A stretch of 63,260 nucleotides of DNA, counting the filler, from Reticulomyxa filosa (taxonomy: Eukaryota > Protista > Foraminifera): assembly GCA_000512085.1 (NCBI GenBank). It is 12 parts of 12 records of this genome, joined end to end, with 100 filler letters (N's around TTAATTAATTAA, not from the genome) between each part and the next. Parts side by side here need not be neighbours in the genome. Positions count along the whole stretch, not along the records: positions 1 to 7,127 come from ASPP01000012.1; positions 7,228 to 16,372 come from ASPP01007218.1; 10 more parts are not named here. One strand, written 5' to 3'. A model generated the notes under the pieces. That model was not told where the DNA came from. It saw only the letters and a list, made by a program, of their open reading frames with translations, and ran no database searches. Positions 1 through 8,645 of the stretch are shown piece by piece. Position 1 is the first letter of the stretch; each line of letters begins with the position of its first letter. A program made the translations under genes and the position numbers.

Positions 1-41
1 TTATTTATGATTAAAAATGAAAAAATTTGTTTTATTATTAG

Positions 42-629
42 TTAAAAGAAGCAATAAAGATTGTTATTAAAAATTGGTTAACAATTGTAGAAATAAAATT
101 GGATGAATTGATGAATTTGATATATTGGTTACTAAATATGTTAAGTATAATTTATAATTAATTATTTTAAATTATTAAATATTTTACAAGAACATACTGA
201 TAAAATAAATAGTGTAAGATTGTTTCAGCATCAGATGATATGACAATTTGAATATGGAATTCTTCATCAGGAGAAGAAATTACATTCTCATTCCTAATAA
301 AAATATGATTATATATTACAAATCAAGAATTTATTGTTTCATGCTCACGTGATAATACAATTCAAATATGGAATGTATAATCTGGAGAATTACTTAAAAT
401 ATTAAAAGGACATTTATCTGTTATTTATGAAGTACAATCTTTTTCAAATAATCAAATTATTATATCTTGTTCAACTGATAAAACAATTCGTTTATAGAAT
501 GTTAAAACGGGATATGAAATACAAAGATTAAATTAACATTCTAGTACAGTAAGATGTGAGGATATTTCATTCAATGAAAGTACAATTGTATCAGGATCTG
601 GAGATTGTGCAATTAAAATTTGGAGATAA
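42..629 (+). pseudogene. Decayed WD40-repeat gene, same family as the intact gene at 44478-45857
   Basis: Manual translation gives LKEAIKIVIKNWLTIVEIK/G*IDEFDILVTKYV, matching LEEEIQVIIQCWVRILNLKLGWIQDFDKIVIKYV at 44600. WD repeats follow (SASDDMTI*IWN, SCSRDNTIQIWNV*SG, SCSTDKTIRL*NV, SGSGDCAIKIWR*) with stops, deletions and frameshifts. Confidence 0.85.
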
Positions 630-1218
630 AATAATAATAATTCGAATTTTACATTGAAACTACATTATACAGACAAATATTCAAGTCTCTTGAACAAGAT
701 ATAATATTCATCATCTATAAAATATTTTACATCTTCCACAAACTCAAAATATCATGTGTATTTTTAATTAGTATTTCATTTAATTTTACAAATTATTTTA
801 TCAAAAGATCATTTCACCTTTTGATGAATAGCTTACTCTTTGATAAAGTTTTTTTGTAGAAAATTTCGTTACAAATCAAATTAACTGATTTGAAATACAA
901 TATTGAGCTTTGAGCGAAGAAGGTACAATAACAAGAAACCAAACCTATGATGAATGGACCTAAATTGACTGTTAATTTGATAGTAATAAGTAATTATTGA
1001 ACAAATAGAAACACGAGTATCTACAGCTCTTAATACGACTAACTACTACATTTCAAATCAATTTTATCAAAAATTATTCTCGTTGCATATTATACATAAA
1101 AGATTGTAGTTTAACAATTCAAGTTTTCGTTTTGAAACATTCAAAACTGTTTACTTTGCCGGAAAGGGAAACTTTTCTTTGTAAATAACGGAATACAAAA
1201 GAAAGCAAATACAAAAAA

Positions 1219-3349
1219 ATGGTAAAATACTTGCAAAAATATTTGGAAATGATAATCCAAAAGAGTAATCTTCAAGTATTTAGTGGTGAAACAGCAGGAG
1301 TGGATGGTAATTGGCTTTGCAAAGGAGGAAGTTTTGTGACACTCAAAAATGCAAAGCAGGTCTCACAGTATCTCAACATTAGATTCATTTGTTTGTTAAC
1401 AAAAAAACAACTTACAGTTCAAAGCTGTGCAGAATTTGATTTAGCTTCATCCAGGTTTTGTTAGTTATGTTGCCATGATATAAGACATACGAAAAACAAA
1501 AAAACTCAGTCCCAGAATAGGTGGAGTCGAAAGCATTGAAATATTGAAAACGTATGGAATAAGATTGACAGTGGTGTTTGAGGGCAAAAAATTGTTGCTG
1601 GATGTGACTCAGGAACAAATAAAGACCGCTGAGTTAGTCTTATTTTTTTTGTGAATTTTTGAGTTTGTGATTGGTTGGCTTGAATCAAGTCAAATTGATT
1701 GATTGCATTTCCATGAAGAATTAAATCGAATAATGTGTAATGATTGTTCAGAAGCAAGAAAGCAGCAGAAAGCGAGACCACTCCACTAACAAAAGTGGAA
1801 GAATTGCAAAAGAAATTAAAGGAAAAAGGAATAGAATATATTGTTGCACCATACCAAGGTAGTGGTCTATGTGTAAAACGAAAGTTAGGAAAGATTGGCT
1901 GACAAAAAAAGAAAAAAATGTTGTATTTATAAAAATCGAAAGCTGGTGCACAATTGACTTTTATGCTCAAAAAAAAGCAAGTGGATATTGTAATTTCAGA
2001 TGACACCAATCTGATACCATTAGGGGTGGAAAAGATGTTGTTGAGCGTCTACAGGTTTGGAAGAGGAAAAAAATGTATTTTTAACTGTAATAAGACAGAA
2101 ATATTATATAAAAAAAAAAGAAATGGAGGTTGCAAATATCTGAACATGTCATATATAAAAATGTATCCGCCAAGTATGCAACAAGACAAGAAGGAAATTT
2201 TGCTGAAAGCATTGCAAGAGAACAATGATCACGAAACATTTGTTATGGTAAGTTAGAAGCATCTCTTTTTAAAAAAAAAAATTGGTAGCCAAAATTTTTT
2301 TTTTTGTATTTGTCTAAATTTGAGTTTTGTGTTCTTGCTGGCTGTGATTATTTCCAAATCGATGGAATGAATGTTGAAAAAGCCATTGACATTGTTTACA
2401 ATCAAAAACAAGAAAAATTAATCAACCGAATATTTCATTACTTTATGCAACAAATAAGTCATTATCAATACCAAAATGTTGTTTGTCATTTTACACAAGC
2501 TGTCATGGCTTATTTATGTCCCATTGTATACGACCACTCTGCCAAAGTTTGTACCCGCTTAAACACCATCATATCAACCGAATTGGCAAGCAAGAATAGC
2601 GCTATCAGCAAACCCGAGCAATTCTTACTCCCCTTTCGTGCTCATCAGCGCTTTCTTAAGAAACAATTCCACCAAAAACGATCTCTCACAGATATGCAAG
2701 ACACCGATGTCAATGATTTGGCCTTTGCAAAACCTAGTCAATTTTTGATTGGTGCCAAGAAATCCCGTCCATCTGCAAGTTTACGTCTGTCGTTACTTAA
2801 AAAAAATGAATTTGTCCTCGTGTAATAACCACAAAATAATAAACAGTGACTTCCATACAAACAACCCCGGTCTCAAAGGAACAGTCTTATATTGATGTTG
2901 GTATTAACGAAGCTCAATCTGACTTTTATGATTGGGAACGTATCCCTGAGCCAGAGAAACCGTTTTGTTTTCTACTCGTTAATGCGTAAGAAAAAACTAA
3001 AAATAATTTTATTTAATAATGAATGAATAAATACAAAACAAATAAAAGACATCTGTTGCGTCCAGTGGACAGCATAAATAGCCCTGATAAAGTTAAACAC
3101 TTTACTAATTCAAACTCAAAATCAAGTGAAGATAAGAACAGCAAAGTAGATTCTCTTGAGAGAATATTGACAAATTGGCAGTTCCAGGAAAATGAAGTTT
3201 TCCACTTGTCACTTCGCCGTGATGAAAAAGAAGAGTTATCCAAAATGCAAAACGCAAAACAAAAGAAGCCACAAGAGCGCCCTACTTTTCGTACTGGTCT
3301 ATCAAAATCCAAAATTACAGGCAACTTTAAACCACCTCAATTTTGTTGA
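1219..3349 (+). CDS. EXO1: Exonuclease 1-like (XPG/Rad2/FEN1 family) protein, multi-exon, with degenerate active site
   Basis: XPG-N motifs GETAGVDGNWL and YGIRLTVVFEG (1553-1585). XPG-I motif GIEYIVAPYQ|AGAQLTFM..VDIVISDDTNLIPLG across intron 1859-1942. H3TH motif FCVLAGCDYFQIDGMNVEKA. The 3' exons to 3349 are assigned by proximity. Confidence 0.75.
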
Positions 3350-3491
3350 CACATGTTTACTTTCAATTTAGTTTGTCGTATTCAAACCCATTTTTCAAAC
3401 CTTAACTGATTTTCTCACCAAAATTGAAATACTGTTTCTCTAAAAAAATTGGTTGAAGTTCTGATGGAGAGGGGCGAACAATCAGTCGATA

Positions 3492-4552
3492 ATGAGTTCT
3501 GATAGTTATTGCTCTAACTATTACTGGCAATGTGGAGATACTGCTTACTATTGCGGGCAACAATGTTAATTTATACTCTTATTTTGAATCATGTGAAAAA
3601 ATTGAGAACCAAAAGGAAAAGTTTTTGGTTTTGTGGTAGGACAGCCAATGATTGTATTTGTATTCCGGATGTGCAAGGAAATATGCATTGTGTAAAAGAC
3701 AGTAGTTGTTCCAGCTTATCGTTGTGTACGTCGAATGAGAGTTGTCCGGGTAATGAAATTTGTGGTGTGGGCTGTTGCCAGGTATGTTAGATGATGTGTG
3801 CATATTATAAGTGCGCATATATTACTTTTTTTTTTTTTTGCAAAAAAAGAATACAGTTTGCTTATCATTATGCTCGGATGAACATAGTTCCAGCTCCACA
3901 AGCCAGAAAATTGTAATAATAGTGGCAGTATCGTTGGCCATATTTGTAGTTCTTCTTATAGCAGTAGTGGTTTGCTTGAGAGTACGTCGTGTTCGTCTGG
4001 CAACTCCGCACAATTCCGGCCCGGAGGGAGTGGCATCACCCAATAGTGCCGCGCCACAATCTGTTCCAATTGAGGGAATACCTTCGCCAATGGATTCCGA
4101 GCAAATGCAAAATTACATGCAAGAACGCCACTATGAATCCGTCTACGCGCAAGCTGTGGTATTTTTTCAACAGCAACAAAAAACATTTAAAAAATGAAGG
4201 GATAGTTTATGTTATATCGCATAGTTTTTTTTTTTTGTATATATACAAAAAACTCTATGTGAATAAGTCCATTCCAGGACCACCTGACGGTGGAGTTATT
4301 CAACGGAATAAGTCCGATTCATTTAGCAAACAATTTGATGGAACGACAAAAGCAACCAGTTCAACAGTTTGGAATGATATTAAAAACAATCCGGAAATGT
4401 ATTGTACCATTTGCATGGTTGAATTCTCTCATGACGTTAAAATCGCACAGCTTCGATGTGGTCACATTTTACACAAAAACTGTGCCATCGAATGGCTTTC
4501 TACCAATCCGAGTTGCCCTGTTTGTCGTTCACCTGTTCAAAAATTTACTTAA
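3492..4552 (+). CDS. Single-pass membrane RING-H2 E3 ubiquitin ligase with Cys-rich N-terminal domain
   Basis: Exons give a Cys-rich region (MSSDSYCSNYYWQCG..., CICIPD..CVKDSSC..CPGNEICGVGCC), a TM helix IVIIVAVSLAIFVVLLIAVVVCL followed by RVRRVR, and RING-H2 CTIC..CGHILHKNC..W..CPVC. Start codon uncertain. Confidence 0.8.
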
Positions 4553-5058
4553 TATTTTGAATTGTGATCCTTTTTTTTTGTAATGTGAGTTTTTGTTAAC
4601 ACTCGCTTTTTCTTCTTGTACATGACTATTATTGGATCTCTCATGAAAGGCTTGGGAAAAGAAGAGGAAGAAAACAAAAAAATATGTCCTTTTTTTGGTA
4701 TCATTTGTCTTTACAGAAACTTGAGAAGCATCAGTTTCTGTACGTCTAGGATGTTTCCCTTCTTATTCCTTCTTTCTGCCAAAAAACTTTATTGAACGAA
4801 TGCTTCGATTACAAAAAAGGCATGTCGAATGAACCATTGTTAAAGCTTCTCCTATGAAGAACAAGATATATTTGAAAAAGTTTTAGTTTCAAAGAATTTC
4901 TGTGAGCTTCGTTTTCTGTTTTTTAATTTTCATTAGGACTATTGTAACTTATCTTAGAAAACACAATCATAATTTTTTTTATACTTGCTTTTTCCTTTTT
5001 TTCTTTGTTGACTGATCCATTGGGTGCTCCCTTTTTTTCGCATACGAAGGAAATACAA

Positions 5059-6115
5059 ATGAAATCTATTTGCCGTATTTCACCAAATGGACTTAATGTC
5101 TCGCGATATCTTGTACATACTCCATTTATCCCTTGTCTGAAAGCAAAAAGCAGTTCAGTAAAGAGAGAAACGTCAAAGACAGCCAAAAAAAAAGGAGAAA
5201 AAAAAAGAATTAAAAACGGTATAGACAACGACTCTACGAAGTCATCAACAAGTAGTTCACTGTCGAATATTTCGGTAGCAACAGCAGTGGCAGGAAGTGC
5301 AAGCGGATATTCGGCAATGATAACAACCAAAGCAGGATATACGTTATCCTCACTATCGGTGTCAACGTTATCAAATATTCCACTTTTCGCATTTATGCTT
5401 GTGCAAGCGAGCGGATTGTCTCCGATCTTGCACATCTTGAGAGAAAAAAAAACCTTTAATTACAGCCCATTTCCGTTTGTTGCTCTCTTCACCAACTCTT
5501 ATTTGTGGACATTTTATGGCTATCTAACTAATGACAATACTTTGCTGTATGCAAGTGTCGCTGGTAAAAGAACTTTTTTTTGTATTTACAATCATGTGTT
5601 CATAAGAAGGAGAAAGATGAAAAAAATTTTAAAATAATAATAATTTTAAAAAATAAAAATAAAAAGGTGCATTTGCAGGACTGGTGTACATGTCAATTTT
5701 TCATAAGTATACGTCAATGAAAATGCTCCCCTATTATGTTGGATCATTTAGCATTATGTCAGCGTGTTTTGGTGCATCTTTTTTTATGTTGCATAACGAT
5801 CCTCAAAGCACATCGGCTGTGTTAGATGTGTTGGGTTTAGTTGGATCCGTCACTTCTGTAACATTGATGGCGAGCCCTTTGGCGTGTATCCAGCAGGTGC
5901 TGCAGGATAAAAATACAAATTCAATGCCGTTTCCCATTAGTTTGGCCATGACTTTTAATGGCTTTTCTTGGTTCTGCTATGGATGGTTTGTCACTGGTGA
6001 CCCATTCATTTATGCACCTTCTGGATTGGGTTTACTTGCAGGGATGGCACAGCTGTCGTTGTTTGTCATCTATCCCAGCTCAAAGAAAAACTTCTTAGAC
6101 AAAATAGATAAATAA
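5059..6115 (+). CDS. SWEET (MtN3/saliva) family transporter with N-terminal extension
   Basis: Two MtN3 repeats: ILREKKTFNYSPFPF..LWTFYG and ASPLACIQQVLQDKNTNSMPFPISL..SWFCYG..DPFIYAP. Likely introns at 5153-5224 and ~5564-5666. Possible extra last exon ~6178-6251 (DDEDELEND..) if the stop at 6113 is a homopolymer error. Confidence 0.9.
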
Positions 6116-6508
6116 TAAGTTATTTTTTCAATTTTCATTTTTTTTATCCTTAATATATCACTTTTCGCTTATTGGAGATGATGAGGATGAGTTGGAAAAT
6201 GATCTCTCGCAAAGACCGCATCAAACAAAAGTTGACCAAAATGTCAATTAAAAATTTTCTGGTTTGTTATAAGAGGATTTTGGATGGTTTTGAATTGCCT
6301 CTGTTTAAACAGATCAATAAATAACACGAAGACGAATTTTAAAAAAAAGATACAATTGTGTTGACGTTTAGGTATAATTGAAATTATATGTTTATAAAAA
6401 AAGTATTTGCCACATTAATAAGTATGTTCAAATGTGAAAGCGTTCGAAAATATCACAAAATACTAAAATACTTAATATACTTTGTATTAACTGTATTAAT
6501 TCTAAATA

Positions 6509-7012
6509 TAGTATAATGCAAATTAAAGTTGACACCTAAAACGGCACATTATATAGACGATTGATTTTCTTCTTGAAAAAACAACATTCAGACATAATTT
6601 TTTAAAAAATATCTATAAATAGTGTAGTTTTTAAATATCATTTTGGTTTTTTATTATATATTTCGTAATTGTTTAAAAATTTGAATATTTTTGAAAATTT
6701 TCGATAGAAAGTTGACAATAGTGATTGTCGTAATCATGAAATTCCAAATTTTTTTTAAGTATTTTCAGAAATTGCTAAATCAGTAGTTATTTTCCAAAAA
6801 AACACAAATATCGAACTGTACTGCTAAAAAAAAATAAAGTACAAAATATTGAAATAATTATTAAGATTTAATAAAAACAAAGTGATATTTAAAAACTACG
6901 CTATTTGTAGATTTTTTCAAAAATTTTGTCTGAATGTTATTTTTTCATGAAGAAAACCAATTATCTATATAATGTGTTGTTTTATGTGTCAACTTTACTT
7001 TGCATTCTACTG
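6509..7012. mobile_element. Tc1/mariner-derived MITE (504 bp, ~150-bp TIRs, TA target-site duplication)
   Basis: Left end TAGTATAATGCAAATTAAAGTTGACACCTAAAAC matches the reverse complement of the right end, CAGTAGAATGCAAAGTAAAGTTGACACATAAAAC; similarity runs ~150 bp. Flanked by TA at 6507-6508 and 7013-7014. No ORF inside. Confidence 0.9.
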
Positions 7013-7127
7013 TATGTTATGATGTTGAATATTGTTGTTGCTAATTTGCTTTGATGTGGGGAGTCTACAGTGAAGAGCTTCAGTAAATGTAATACGAAAG
7101 AGTGTTACTCTCAATGAGAGCGACTTT

Positions 7128-7227
7128 NNNNNNNNNNNNNNNNNNNNNNNNNNNNNNNNNNNNNNNNNNNNTTAATTAATTAANNNNNNNNNNNNNNNNN
7201 NNNNNNNNNNNNNNNNNNNNNNNNNNN
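7128..7227. other. Artificial contig-joining spacer N44-TTAATTAATTAA-N44
   Basis: Identical 100-bp unit with a six-frame-stop linker, present 11 times in the window. Confidence 0.98.
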
Positions 7228-7249
7228 AAAAAAAAAAAAAAAAATCGGT

Positions 7250-8053
7250 ACATTAGTTTGAGTTTGCCTGTCAGATGCTGTTACTTGCGAACATATTTGT
7301 ATATGTGTGCCTTTTGGTATGTCTTAACGTGTTGCACTTCACCAACGTAGGCAATAAAAAATTCCAATGAATATCGAACAAGATGAAATATTTCTTCTTT
7401 TGTTATTTCCTACATTTACAAACAATAGCCGTCAATCTTTAAAAAAAAAAAAAAAAAAAAAGTTGCATGTGATAAAGTTATATCTTATTACAATTATAAT
7501 TGCAATTATGTGATACATTATTGTTATAATATGCTTTCGTTTTTATTCTTTTCCTTCCTCTTCTCTTCCTCCCCTCTCTCCTCTTCTCTTATAAATGCAA
7601 CGAAAGTGCAATAACTTCTTGTGATAAATTAGTTCGGTGACATGTGTCACACTTTTTTGCGATGGACATGTCCATCCTCGTCAGTATACATGATTTGTCC
7701 GTGTCTTCCATTTGCAGGACTGGTTCAAACTTGTTTTTAAACCAATGCCATGATAAATCCTTTTTTCCGTGTTTTTATGTGGTGCTTGTTTTTTCCCCCT
7801 TTCTTTAGAACATACTTTTTCAAAACTTTCTGATGCTCATTCAATATGGTCTGGATTTCATCTTGAAGAAAAGTCAAACTATTTGGTATTGGGGTGGATC
7901 GTGGAATTGGGTGATCGCTATTGCTTCCATCCGCTCCCAATCGAAGCCTCTTTTTTGTTTAGTTGTGCTCATCCTCTTTCAAAGGCAGTTTGCTTGTAAA
8001 AACAACGGAACTGACCGTCCTTTAGCTTGGAAGAAAAGATAGATACCTGCCAT
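7250..8053 (-). CDS. Hypothetical multi-exon gene fragment or pseudogene, truncated by contig end
   Basis: Exon-like segments bounded by AG/GT (RLGADGSNSDHPIPRSTPIPNSLTFLQDEIQTILNEHQK; DLSWHWFKNKFEPVLQMED..CDTCHRT). No family recognised and some frame breaks. Confidence 0.3.
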
Positions 8054-8645
8054 TTATTATACTCTTCTCTTGCTTGTCCATCGAATTCTGTAGATGGAGA
8101 AGGCAATGCATTACCACACAACATTGCAATCTTTTTTTTTCAAACAGAACTTGGCATTCTTTGAAGGAAACAGTTTTTTCAGACATTTGTAAAACCAGTT
8201 AATATCAAAACTTTAAATTTTATTCATATATTGCAATACCATTTCATTTGTTAAAATTAGCCTTGCCACCAATTGTTGTTGATGACATAACGAACTAGGT
8301 CACCTAAGTTATCTAATACCAACATTATAGTTTTTGAATTTTGTTTCGGGTTGAAAACTGCTCGTTTGCGCTTTCAACAAGTTTATTGCCTCAGTTTTAT
8401 GAAAGGGTAGTGTTATTGAAGAGGAAAGAGATAATATGAAATAAAATGTTGCAATATTTAAAGAGTAATTAGAAAACTCGACGGGGTGAAGGAACAACTG
8501 ACAAAAGGGCCGACTACTTGAACAATCAGACAAAAAAAAGAAACTTATACTTAAAAAATCGACATATTTTCGGTTTTTCTTTACATTTTTCATTTTGATT
8601 TCTTGTTCGAGTTAAAATCCGATAAATAACGAGTGCAATTCGAAA

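Noticed and set aside
42-629. In-frame TAA/TAG/TGA as a reassigned genetic code
   Set aside because: Intact genes end in TAA (RPS9), TAG (WD40 at 45857) and TGA (HYOU1). Here the stops co-occur with deletions and frameshifts.
1031-1045. TAATACGACTAACTA resembling the T7 promoter
   Set aside because: One internal mismatch, no TAGGG continuation and no vector context; chance match.
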